Position numbers and translations under genes: made by a program
Assembly (NCBI GenBank): GCA_963702095.1
Contig: OY969706.1
Coordinates: forward strand, 256,001 to 320,000
DNA: 64,000 nucleotides
Direction: 5' to 3'
DNA from: Candidatus Bathyarchaeota archaeon
Lineage (GTDB): Archaea > Thermoproteota > Bathyarchaeia > Bathyarchaeales > Bathycorpusculaceae
Shown: piece by piece, positions 19,585 to 29,328 of the stretch
Numbering within the stretch: position 1 is the stretch's first letter
How the letters are laid out: every line of letters starts with the position of its first letter
Notes under the pieces: generated by a model
What the model saw: only the letters and a program-made list of their open reading frames with translations
Databases searched by the model: none
Told to the model about the DNA's origin: nothing

Positions 19585-20037
19585 CTACTTGCGTGGAATC
19601 ACCCGTACGGCTCGAACGAGTTCTGTGCCATCGGGGGTTTTGGCGATTTGCTCCAAAATCAACCCGACAAACGGCTGCTGCTTAGTCCGAGAAGGCGACT
19701 CATACATGCCGCCCCGCCCAGTCTTAGCCACGTAGAGGAAATCCTCAATCGGCAACCCAAAATGCGCCCCCTTACCCTGCAACGTCTGCAAATAACAGAG
19801 CATCGGGCTTCTCTTCGGCGGCTCTAGCTGGTAGCGGTGCCCCTGCTTCGGATTAACCAAAACATGGTTCTGAGCCGCAAGCAACTTTACCGCCTGCCAA
19901 AGCGCAAAACACGGTGACCCTGCTGTGGCGCATTGGCGGCAGAACTTGGTTTTCCTGTCACCCATCCAGTGTATGCAGAAAGCGGTATCCATCTTACGTT
20001 TTGCTTTTGGGTTCATTGCATCACTCTGCTCGAACAT
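19585..20037 (-). CDS. Hypothetical protein with Cys/His cluster
   Basis: CIHW...FCRQC...PC; 150-aa ORF. Confidence 0.6.
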   Translation of the reverse strand: MFEQSDAMNPKAKRKMDTAFCIHWMGDRKTKFCRQCATAGSPCFALWQAVKLLAAQNHVLVNPKQGHRYQLEPPKRSPMLCYLQTLQGKGAHFGLPIEDFLYVAKTGRGGMYESPSRTKQQPFVGLILEQIAKTPDGTELVRAVRVIPRK

Positions 20038-20145
20038 CCATTTGTATGTTTGTTTGGTGGCTTCTGAGTGGGTTGGGGTGTCGGCGGCAACATTTTTAAA
20101 TAGTTGTAAATAGTTATTACTTTACAAACAGGCAGGCTAACACAC

Positions 20146-20640
20146 ATGAAAGTCACAAGCACCTTATCGGCTCCCCTTAGTCAAACACAAAAAACCGTCT
20201 GGTCAATGATAACAAAAGGGCTATCCACCACAACCATCGCTGAAAAACTAAAAACCACCCGCCAATTCGTCAACCAAACCAAACTAGCCGCAGAAGCCAA
20301 ACTCTCCACAACTCTGCTAGACATAGCGCAGGCAAACGATTTCCAAGTCACTAAACTCTACCCCCAACAAGGCATGCTCTTAGGCTACCATCCGGGATTG
20401 AAACGCAAGGCAATTCTCACTTACAGCACCAACTACGGCATAAAAGTCTGGTACTGGCATAACAACGCCGAAGAGGTAACAAATGAAGAATTCCTTCGCC
20501 AAACACGCATTTATCTGCTTGATGTCGCAAAAGAAAGAGGCATAGAAATCGAAGACGCTGAGAAGCTGCATCCGGCAAGGCTTGCAGCCTTAATTTTTTC
20601 CAAGCTGATGCCTGACGCGGGACTAAGCGAACAGCAATGA
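20146..20640 (+). CDS. HTH transcriptional regulator
   Basis: GLSTTTIAEKLKTTRQFVN HTH; ATGA-coupled to the ABC ATPase. Confidence 0.75.
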   Translation: MKVTSTLSAPLSQTQKTVWSMITKGLSTTTIAEKLKTTRQFVNQTKLAAEAKLSTTLLDIAQANDFQVTKLYPQQGMLLGYHPGLKRKAILTYSTNYGIKVWYWHNNAEEVTNEEFLRQTRIYLLDVAKERGIEIEDAEKLHPARLAALIFSKLMPDAGLSEQQ

Positions 20641-21566
20641 CGAATCAAGCAAACGTTTTAGGTAGTTTTGTGGGTGTAACCAAAACTTTTGGTAACCACA
20701 AAGCATTGGATGGGCTAAACTTTAAGGTTTACAAGGGCGTCAACGGTTTAATCGGTCCCAATGGCGCAGGTAAAACTACTACAATCAAGCTGATTTTAGG
20801 ATTAATTAGAGCAAACACGGGACAAGCGGAAATGTTTGGGCTCGACTGCTGGCAGCAATCACAAGAAATCCGCTGCAAAATCGGCATACTCTACGAAAAA
20901 ATAGCCTTCTATGAGCACCTGTCAGGGTTTGAACACCTAAAGTTCATAGCAAAAATCAAAGGCGTCACTGACCCAGCATCAGAAAGTAAAAAGGTGCTCA
21001 AACTTGTCGAACTTGACGGTGAAGCACAAAACAAGCGCATAGGCACCTACTCGGCAGGCATGAAGCAACGAATAGGTTTAGCACACGCACTTTTGGGCAA
21101 ACCTGACCTTGTGATTCTTGATGAGGCCACGTCAAATTTGGATCCGTTGGGCAGGGAACACGTAATCAGGTTAGTTAATGAACTTAAAAAGGAGGGGTAC
21201 TCGTTTCTGATTTCAAGCCATATTTTACCTGAACTGGAAAAGGTTTGTGAACACATCTTTTTGATGAATAAAGGTCGAGCCGTAAGGCAGGGGCTACTTA
21301 CAGAATTGCTTGGAGAAATTTCTCCTCAGACATTTGCAATTAAGGTTCAACCAATTGCACCACTGTTTGAACTGCTGAAAAACGAAGCATGTGTAAAAAC
21401 AGTGACCCTAAACAACGGCACATTAATTGTTGACACAAAAGACCCCAATGCCTTCAAGCAGCGACTTCCATTGCTTGCCTCCGCGGCACATGTCTCTCTT
21501 GAAGAAGTCAAAGCAGGCGGCAAAGACTTGGACGCCCTATTCAAACTGGCAGTTGAGGAGACCTAA
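20637..21566 (+). CDS. ABC-2 type exporter ATP-binding protein
   Basis: GPNGAGKTT, YSAGMKQR, ILDE, SSH. Confidence 0.95.
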   Translation: MTNQANVLGSFVGVTKTFGNHKALDGLNFKVYKGVNGLIGPNGAGKTTTIKLILGLIRANTGQAEMFGLDCWQQSQEIRCKIGILYEKIAFYEHLSGFEHLKFIAKIKGVTDPASESKKVLKLVELDGEAQNKRIGTYSAGMKQRIGLAHALLGKPDLVILDEATSNLDPLGREHVIRLVNELKKEGYSFLISSHILPELEKVCEHIFLMNKGRAVRQGLLTELLGEISPQTFAIKVQPIAPLFELLKNEACVKTVTLNNGTLIVDTKDPNAFKQRLPLLASAAHVSLEEVKAGGKDLDALFKLAVEET

Positions 21567-21568
21567 GC

Positions 21569-22384
21569 ATGGATTCAAAAGGTGCAAAGATGGCGTTGCT
21601 TAAGACAGAGGTTAAGCGGGTTTGGGGTTTTCCAGTTCTTGAATTAGCCGCGGGTTTTTTGGCTTTTATTGCGGTTACAATGATTCCTACATTGCAAGAA
21701 ATAGTGAATCAAAGTAAGGCACAAGCCACCTTTAATGGGATTGTAGCAAAATCGGTCTACGACGCGATGAGCGCACAGTTGCTGCCTATCGGTTTATTTT
21801 GCGGCATACTAGTTGCGTTGTCGTTTGCCAAAGATTACGAGCAGGGGTTAATGCAGACGCTGCTGTCTTCGCCATTGTCGCGTTCAACCGTGTTTATTGT
21901 AAAATTTGTCGCTGTAACAGTACCGCTGACACTGCTGACTTGGGGCATAACCACCTTTATGATAGCCCTTAACTACAGCTTAGGCGGAGCCACCGTTTCT
22001 TTGCTACTCCAAGCCGCAGCGGCTTCATTGTTAACCACGTTTTTATCGGTGTTTTTCTTTGGCGGTTTAGCCATCTTAATTGCGTTAACGGTTAAACGGA
22101 CCATTCCGACAGCCCTTGTGACAATGATGCTAAGTTTTCTAATGTACTTTGTAACTACGCTAAGGGCTGAAACAATAGGGTCTTTAGCGAATTATATTGC
22201 GGTTACTCCTTTCAAAGCGCCGCTTGTTGGGCTTGGCAAACTGTTGGGCGTAGGTTTTGCGGAGAATACGCTTGAGAGTTCCGTGCCTGCCCTTGGATTT
22301 TTGGCTATTGCTTTGGTTTATGAGTTGGCGCTTGTGACGCCAATGTATCTTTATTTTACTAGGAGGTTTGAAGTACGAGAATAA
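21569..22384 (+). CDS. ABC-2 type exporter permease
   Basis: DYEQGLMQTLLSSPLSRSTVFIVKF motif; multiple TMs. Confidence 0.9.
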   Translation: MDSKGAKMALLKTEVKRVWGFPVLELAAGFLAFIAVTMIPTLQEIVNQSKAQATFNGIVAKSVYDAMSAQLLPIGLFCGILVALSFAKDYEQGLMQTLLSSPLSRSTVFIVKFVAVTVPLTLLTWGITTFMIALNYSLGGATVSLLLQAAAASLLTTFLSVFFFGGLAILIALTVKRTIPTALVTMMLSFLMYFVTTLRAETIGSLANYIAVTPFKAPLVGLGKLLGVGFAENTLESSVPALGFLAIALVYELALVTPMYLYFTRRFEVRE

Positions 22385-22956
22385 ACATAACCCGCTTAGG
22401 CCTTGTTTGCCTAATCATCGGTTTAATCATAATGATTAACGCTGCCTCATCCCATGTGAGTCTGATAAGTAACGTCGTTGATGGCGAAATTGATTCAGGC
22501 GAAACATCGTGTAAAGTCCTGTTTATGGCACCTGTAGGTAAAGGCAACCTAACAGTAGGATACAACATACCACCCGGAAAGAACAGCGCATTGTCTCAAT
22601 TTCTTCCTGAATATGTAGTTTTGCCTGTTAATCTGAAAGTCATTGATCCAGCCGGCCATACGCTGCTCGAACAAGATATAATCACACCTGCCAGCTTCCC
22701 AATTAATTTCGATACAAGAGGCGAATACAAAGTCTACTTAACCAACAATGGTTCGGAACGCAGCGGTATCGGAATCGGCACAATGTTTGAATCAGGTAAT
22801 CCTCAAAACCGAGAAGCAGACAAATACTTGCTCGCCTCAGCTTTAATTGTAGCCGGTGTCGTTTGCACGTTGGCTGGTTTAGCGTTAAATCTGGTTTATA
22901 GAAGGCTGAGTAAAACAAACTCTAAAATCTTAAAACAAACTGGTGTAAAACCATGA
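22381..22956 (+). CDS. Two-TM membrane protein with beta-rich extracellular domain (GOLD-like)
   Basis: First TM extends upstream of ATG 22432 to ATA 22381, overlapping the previous stop; RGEYKVYLTN. Confidence 0.65.
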   Translation: MNITRLGLVCLIIGLIIMINAASSHVSLISNVVDGEIDSGETSCKVLFMAPVGKGNLTVGYNIPPGKNSALSQFLPEYVVLPVNLKVIDPAGHTLLEQDIITPASFPINFDTRGEYKVYLTNNGSERSGIGIGTMFESGNPQNREADKYLLASALIVAGVVCTLAGLALNLVYRRLSKTNSKILKQTGVKP

Positions 22957-23567
22957 ACTGCCGCATACATATTACAACTCAAGGCTGGCTTCCACAAGAC
23001 CCCTACATACCAAGCCACCTAAAAATTGCCTCTAACAAGCACAGACAAATAAGCAAAGCAAAAATTTTTGCTGGATCAACTTTGCTGCTCATTGGCTTAA
23101 TTGCATTCTCGATGTTTCTTGGGGCTTCGGAACAGTCCTTCGGGGCTTTGGATTACACTTATACCTTGAATCCCGGCGTCAAGGATTCGCCCTTCTTTGT
23201 TTCAAGCACATATCATACAGCGAATTCTTACGATAGGCAACCAACCCATGACGGCAAAATTATAGTTAATGGAGGAACAGTTGAGCTCACAGTGCAAGAC
23301 TCAAAAGATAGTCGTCAAATAATCAGCACAACAATCGATGATACATACTCTTTTAGTATTCCAGCCAGTAGGGACTATGAATTTGTTTTTCACAATGTAG
23401 GCAGCCAGAAAGCAAGAGTGACCTTAGAATATGGAACAAATGCGACATATATGGTTCCGCTGATTATCGGTTCAGTTGCGCTGTTAGTTACTGCTCTTCC
23501 CGGAACAGTTCTGATCGTGAAGGGGCTTAAAGGCAAAAAAGCGCCTATGATGATGCCGCTAAATTAG
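22953..23567 (+). CDS. Two-TM membrane protein with beta-rich extracellular domain
   Basis: TM, YSFSIPASRDYEFVFHN, TM; ATGA coupling. Confidence 0.65.
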   Translation: MNCRIHITTQGWLPQDPYIPSHLKIASNKHRQISKAKIFAGSTLLLIGLIAFSMFLGASEQSFGALDYTYTLNPGVKDSPFFVSSTYHTANSYDRQPTHDGKIIVNGGTVELTVQDSKDSRQIISTTIDDTYSFSIPASRDYEFVFHNVGSQKARVTLEYGTNATYMVPLIIGSVALLVTALPGTVLIVKGLKGKKAPMMMPLN

Positions 23568-24490
23568 CGGTCTTGGAAAAGCCACTGGTATGCCCTGTGC
23601 ATGACGTCTAGCACGTTCTGGGGCGGAATGATGCCTTCTTCGCAGATTATGCCGTGGATGTAGCGGTTGGGTGTGACATCGAATGCGGGGTTTTTGACTT
23701 TAAGTTGCGGAGGCGCTTCAGCCCAGACTTCGGCGGGACTTCGCTGCTCAATCTTCTCGCATCCGCCATGTAGGGTTTCGGGGTCGAACTTTAGCAACTC
23801 AGACACCACGTAGAAGGGCACACGAGACTCGCTTGCGATAACTGCTATGCCGCCTGTCCCAATCTTGTTAACCACATTGCCTTCTGAGGTGATTGCGTCG
23901 GCGCCCACGAAAACCACATCCACATCAGCCATGAACGTTCGAGCAGCGGAGTCCACGATGAAAGTGGTGTCGATGCCCAGCCCGACTAGTTCTTTGGCAG
24001 TGATTCTGCCCTGGTAGGCGGGGCGGGTTTCTGTGCAGATTACTCGGAAGTCTACGCCGTCGGCTTTGGCTTTGGCGAGCATGCGGGTGACGGTTGAGCT
24101 GTGGCAATGGGTGAACACAACTGATCCGTCGCCTATGCGTTTGGCGCCGATTTCGGCAGTGCGGTCCCGTGAACTGTCAAGGTCACTGAGGAACTTTTCG
24201 GCGTGAGAAATCACAATCTGTTTGAGGTCGCCGATTTCTTCTGTCTGCGCATTTATGGTTTGGTTGATTACATACCGCAGTCCATTGCGCATCAGCGGCT
24301 CGGTTTCTCGGGCAGCAGAAAACAGCCCCTGCGCATCCCGCAGTTCCCCTAAGAGTTCGGTTTTGGTTTTGGCTTGGGTTTTTTCTGCGAGGGTTTGGAG
24401 GGCTTCCACAGCGGCGATGGCGACGTTTCGGGCACCTTGAACGTGGAGCAGGCGAATTTTCTCCGCCGTTGTTTGGATGTTTTCTGCCAT
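23564..24490 (-). CDS. Ribose-1,5-bisphosphate isomerase (eIF2B-like)
   Basis: VQGARNVA, ARETEP, THCHS, ETRP, VGADAI, NKIGT, NPAFDVTP; start MAENIQ. Confidence 0.88.
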   Translation of the reverse strand: MAENIQTTAEKIRLLHVQGARNVAIAAVEALQTLAEKTQAKTKTELLGELRDAQGLFSAARETEPLMRNGLRYVINQTINAQTEEIGDLKQIVISHAEKFLSDLDSSRDRTAEIGAKRIGDGSVVFTHCHSSTVTRMLAKAKADGVDFRVICTETRPAYQGRITAKELVGLGIDTTFIVDSAARTFMADVDVVFVGADAITSEGNVVNKIGTGGIAVIASESRVPFYVVSELLKFDPETLHGGCEKIEQRSPAEVWAEAPPQLKVKNPAFDVTPNRYIHGIICEEGIIPPQNVLDVMHRAYQWLFQDR

Positions 24491-24574
24491 TTTTTTCAAC
24501 CTTTGATCTCTGTTGATTAGGATATTTGTGGTGAAGCATATAAGCAGATTCGTATCAACTGGTTGGTGAGTGTT

Positions 24575-25713
24575 ATGTTGCCTGACCAAGACGCCATAAA
24601 CAGCATTCTGCGGCCGTATGTGCAGCCGTGGTACGATTCGCTCTTGGACCCAGCGCAGGCGCAGATGGGGGTGTTGGCTGATTTGCTGCCAACGTATGCT
24701 ATCACGGATTATGGCATGAGCCACAACGCCTCTGAAATTAAGCAGTTCTCAGATTTTCAGGCAAATTTTCCCATAACTAACTATAACGGGCTTGCTCCAT
24801 ACCTCGCATGGGTTAAAGAAGGTAATTATAAAGCGCTTCTGCCTGAACCGCCCCAAGCTTGGGTTATGACCCGCGGCTCCACAGGGCACAGCAAAGTCCT
24901 CCCAGCCACCCAAACCCACCTCAAACAAATCTACAGTTGCGGCGCAAGAGCCATCCTCAACTATGCTGTCAGGAAAAAACAGTATGACGTGTTTTTAGGT
25001 GTAATTTTGAACCTCAATTTCCCCTCAAGCGTCCACACCATGACCCAAGACGGCAAAAAGTTAGCTACGGCTACAGCAGCGGCACCTACGCCCGATTAAA
25101 TCCCATGTTTGACCGCGTCAGCCTCCTGCCCCGCCAAGAAGACATCGACAAACTCGGCAGCGGGATTGGCAGAAAAGACTGGCAGCAACGCTTCGAACTC
25201 GTCTATGAAATGGCGAAAGACCAGAACGTAACCGCCACCATGGGTGTAACCTCCGTTATCCTCTCCTTTGCCCGATACATCAAACGCAAATACGGCAAAC
25301 TCCCCAAAGACATCTGGAAGCCACAGGCGCTTTTCTGCACCAGCGTCCGCAAAATCCAATACAAATACGGCCCGATCCTGCAAAAATACTTCGGCGAGGT
25401 GCCCATCGTTGAGATGTATACGGCGACGGAGGGTGTGTTTGGGCAGCAACTCGATGACAACCCCTACATAACGCCGAACTATGACGCTTACCTCTTTGAA
25501 GTGGCAACAGGCAAAGGCGTAAAATTGCTACATGAGCTTAAACGGGGCGAATGGGGCAGCCTCGTAGTTTCTTCATGTATGCTGCCACGGTATGAAATAG
25601 GCGATTTGATTGAAGCAGCGGGCAAAAACTATTATCGGGTCTTCGGACGAAAAAACACTTTGACGTTGCTGGAGCATCGGTTGTACCGCGCTTTTCTGGG
25701 TTGGCTGCTCTAA
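24575..25713 (+). CDS. GH3-family acyl-acid amido synthetase-like protein; frameshift in A-run near 25057
   Basis: TRGSTGHSKVLP P-loop, YTATEG, RYEIGD; adding one A joins the two ORFs. Confidence 0.8.
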
Positions 25714-26114
25714 TGCGGCATAGGGCTGTGTCTGCGGGCGATGACTGCCACGTAGACTGCGCCGATTATGATGATTATGCCGATGATGAGCAACATCAGT
25801 GCCCAGCTTTGGCTTGGATCCACAAGGGGGGTGCCGCTTATTTGCAGCACAGAGAAGACGCCTATGGTTATTAGGATTAAGCCGCCGATGAGGTAGCCAA
25901 CAAAGCCCCGTTCGCCTTTCTCCTGTTTCTCTCTGCCCTCATGTTTTTCCTGTTTTTCGTCCTTCTCGTTTTTCTCTGATTTCTCGTGCCTCGGCGGATA
26001 AGTCGGCGGAGGAACCGGCGTTGCCGCTTCTGCACCATTCAGAGATGCCCCGCAACGTGGGCAAAACGTCATGGTGTCATCGACTTTGTTGCCGCATTTC
26101 GGACAATAAGACAT
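25710..26114 (-). CDS. Zinc-ribbon membrane protein with EK-rich linker
   Basis: YCPKCG...FCPRCG, HEKSEKNEKDEKQEK, two TMs. Confidence 0.85.
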   Translation of the reverse strand: MSYCPKCGNKVDDTMTFCPRCGASLNGAEAATPVPPPTYPPRHEKSEKNEKDEKQEKHEGREKQEKGERGFVGYLIGGLILITIGVFSVLQISGTPLVDPSQSWALMLLIIGIIIIIGAVYVAVIARRHSPMPH

Positions 26115-26214
26115 TGAACTTTTCTCCACTACTCATTTTATCTGCTCTGACTATTTAAAACATGCACTTGCCCACTTAGCAGAAAGATATATCTGCCTTT
26201 TATTCCATTTTTGA

Positions 26215-26730
26215 ATGGAGAACGACGGTTTGATTAGTGCCAAGTGGGGTCACGGTTTATCTGATAAAAGAAAAGAAAACCTTGTAACCGCCATTTATGT
26301 GGGCTCAGTATTTATCGCTTTAGCGGTTATCTACATTAGCCATCTCCCCAGCAGCCTCTGGAATCAGATAGTGGATTTCTTTATGTCCCTCACCCTTGCG
26401 CCGGTACCAGGAACTGGCATCGCCCTGCCTGCCCCCATCGACCCCACAGCCTTCACTGAACTCTACATGGCAGGATTCCAGTTTGCCATAGCTGTGGGTG
26501 CAGTCGAAATTGGGATATTGCTGCTTCGGGTGATGATGCGTTCACCGGTGTCACGGAAAGCTGAAACCATCGAAAACCTGGTGTTCTGGCTTTGCACAAG
26601 CTTCCTCATAATCACCTATCTGGTCAACGCGACGATTGCGGCTGAATGGTTCGTGTTCTGGTCGGGTATAATATTGATTTTTGGGTTAGCACTCATTGCC
26701 CGATCATTCGTGTTAATAGCTAAACGATAA
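26215..26730 (+). CDS. Hypothetical multi-TM membrane protein
   Basis: Four hydrophobic segments. Confidence 0.75.
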   Translation: MENDGLISAKWGHGLSDKRKENLVTAIYVGSVFIALAVIYISHLPSSLWNQIVDFFMSLTLAPVPGTGIALPAPIDPTAFTELYMAGFQFAIAVGAVEIGILLLRVMMRSPVSRKAETIENLVFWLCTSFLIITYLVNATIAAEWFVFWSGIILIFGLALIARSFVLIAKR

Positions 26731-26731
26731 G

Positions 26732-27478
26732 CTATTTCTGTTTAATTTTTAGGGTCCACCAGAGCCCCATGATCTGCCAGAACATACTCCATGAGTCTTT
26801 GGCAAGATGGACTTTTGTATCTTTGCCGCTTTTCCACTCCACAGGGAACTCGTTGATTTTATAGCCGTGGCTGTATCCGCGGACCATGACTTCGGTGTCC
26901 CAGAACCAATGCGTCGCCTTAACCTCACCCAACAAACTCAAAAGCGATTCCCGCTTGAACGCTTTGAATCCGCATTGGTGATCATAGAGTTTGGAGCCCA
27001 ACATGTGGCGGACCAAGAAATTGTAGGTTTTCGAACTAAAGCCCCTGCTAAATGTGCGCTCCGCTGCGCTCTGCGGCATCATGCGTGAACCCGTTGCGAA
27101 ATCGTAGCCTTCCAAGCTGATGGCTTCGACCAGTGGCTTGAGGAATTTTAGGTCAGTGGCCAAATCCAAATCCATGTAAACCAAGACTTCGCCGCTGCTC
27201 TGCTTAAACGCGTTGTTGAGCGCTGTTCCCCGCCCTAATCTGGCATCTCTATGAATATGCCTGACGCAGGGGTACTTCTGCACCAATTCTTCGGCGCGTT
27301 CTGCGGTGCCGTCGGTGCTGCCGTCTTCAGCGATGATTATTTCATAGGATTTGGTGAATCTGTTTAGGGTTTGGATTGTTTTTTCCACTGCCGGAGCTAA
27401 GTAGTCGACTTCGTTGTAGGCGGGAAGCACCACTGAAACCTGCACTTTCCCGCTGATGGGGGGTTGTGTCTGTGTCAT
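26732..27478 (-). CDS. GT2 dolichol-phosphate sugar synthase (DPM1/ALG5-like)
   Basis: VVLPAYNE, EDGSTDGT, MDLD, DHQCGFK, WFWDTE. Confidence 0.92.
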   Translation of the reverse strand: MTQTQPPISGKVQVSVVLPAYNEVDYLAPAVEKTIQTLNRFTKSYEIIIAEDGSTDGTAERAEELVQKYPCVRHIHRDARLGRGTALNNAFKQSSGEVLVYMDLDLATDLKFLKPLVEAISLEGYDFATGSRMMPQSAAERTFSRGFSSKTYNFLVRHMLGSKLYDHQCGFKAFKRESLLSLLGEVKATHWFWDTEVMVRGYSHGYKINEFPVEWKSGKDTKVHLAKDSWSMFWQIMGLWWTLKIKQK

Positions 27479-29328
27479 GGCGCGAAATACCAGCTTGGGA
27501 ACCACTTCAGATAATGAATGTACTCAGACGTTGCTGGGGCACCCTGAGATGACAGGATAGAAAGCTATGAACATGGCGACGGTTGCAGCGAATATGGCTA
27601 TGGCAGCTACTTTGCCGGCGGGTTTATGCCAGTACTTGTTGATAAAGTAGGTTATTGCCAGGCAGAGCAGGGGTACGCTTAGGTAGTAGTGGTAGATGTA
27701 GGTGGCTCTGCCTATGAAAACGTATGGCAACCAAGAGAACGCGTACACGACTAAGATGAAGATCGCTGCTGCATCCCATCGTTTACCCCGTAAGCTGATG
27801 TGTTCTTTCTTGGTTATGCGTCTCCATAGCTTCGGAGCCCACTCATCTATGCGGAACGCAATTACCGCAAGCACTATCACGGCGCCAAAGCCCACCCACC
27901 ACACAGCGGGGTTGCCCAGTACCGTGATGGTGGAGAGTTGGTTGTTGGGTAAACCATAGGTTATGTCGAACCAGCGGGGCACAGTTGCGCCATCGAACCT
28001 AAACATCAAGGGCCAAGACCACCAAGGCGAAGAAGAAGCATCCACAACAGTGCCTGAATGGAAGGAAAACATGGCGTTCTGCAGGTTCCAAATGGTGCCC
28101 AAAGAGTCGCCCATCAGCATCTCTGGGATGTAAGTTGCAAAGTAAATGCCGACGAATACTCCGACAAAAGCCAGCATCAACAGGAAGGGGCGACTGAAAA
28201 ACGCCACATACTTGTCGCTTAAGCTGCCCTTGAGGTTCTTAACGTCTCGTAACCGCAGCACACAAGCAACCCCAGCATACCTAAAGCGCCGAAAAGTGAA
28301 AACCACTTCGTCGAAAACGCCAACGCCGCACAAACCACCGCCAAAAACAGCGGTAAAACCGAAGTTTTCCAGCCGCTTTTTAGCACATTAGCAAAGTACA
28401 CTAAGAAGAACAACTGGGTAAGCAAGGAGAAGAACACCACATAGGTGTCTACGGTGCCTATGCGTGCCATGGTGAAATGCATGAAGTCAAAGGTGAACAG
28501 GAACGCTGCGGAGAAGCCGCCGATCCAGGTTCCGAACAGTTTTTTGCCCAACAGATACATCAGTGGGACCATCAAGGTGCCGAATAAGGCGCCCATGATG
28601 CGCCAGCCAAACGGAGTGTCACCGAAAGCCGCTATGCCCGTTGCCTGAATGAGTTTGCCCAGTGGCGGATGTGTCCGCTCCAATGGGATAACGTGGTTGA
28701 GGTAGTCTTCGGCTGCCCGTGCAAAGTAGACTTCGTCAAAATACATTTTTGACATGTAAGTTGGCGGTATCTGCAGGATGCTTTGTTCATCGACTAGGTT
28801 GGTCAGTGTTGAGTCGGTGTTTTCCAATCCGACTATGCCAACGATGGGGATTTGGGTGTTGTCGCTTTGGCTTGAAATCCCGATTTCGGAGATTTCCACG
28901 TAGGGCGAAGGTTCTTCGTCGGTGGGGTTGGTGATGCCCCAGTTAGAAAAGTTGGGTCGGGAATCATAAGTTACCGCTTCAATGTCAAAGCGCAGGTACT
29001 GCGTAGTTGTGAATAAGCCGACTTCTTTTTGAACGGAGTAGTCGGTGCCTCTGTCTTGGAGGCTAAAGTTGCCGATAAACGTCCAATCGCCCGGCGAACC
29101 CGAATAGGCGGATAGTGTGCCGTTGCCAGTTTTTACCCAGAAATAAGCGTTTTTCACCTGTTGAGAGGACCCTAAATCAATGTAGAAGCTCTGATGCGTC
29201 GTATTCTGCCATTGTGTTTTGGGTGCCTGGACTTCGCCTAGGTTCCAAGCGGCTATGCCAAAGAAGAGGACTGACAGCAAAACGATGGTTAAGACGTCTT
29301 TTTTGGTTATTTTTAGGTCAAAGATCAC
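27475..29328 (-). CDS. Protein O-mannosyltransferase-like GT39 with F5/8-like extracellular domain; two frameshifts (~28262, ~27543)
   Basis: YFDEVY, HPPLGK, FGWR, SSPWWSWP, LGNPAVWW, YIYHY; corrected C-terminus ...LKWFPSWYFAP ends in ATGA overlap with GT2. Confidence 0.85.

Noticed and set aside
24491-24724. N-terminal extension of R15P isomerase in the ORF track
   Set aside because: Overlaps the divergent GH3 gene; homology starts at MAENIQ (24490)
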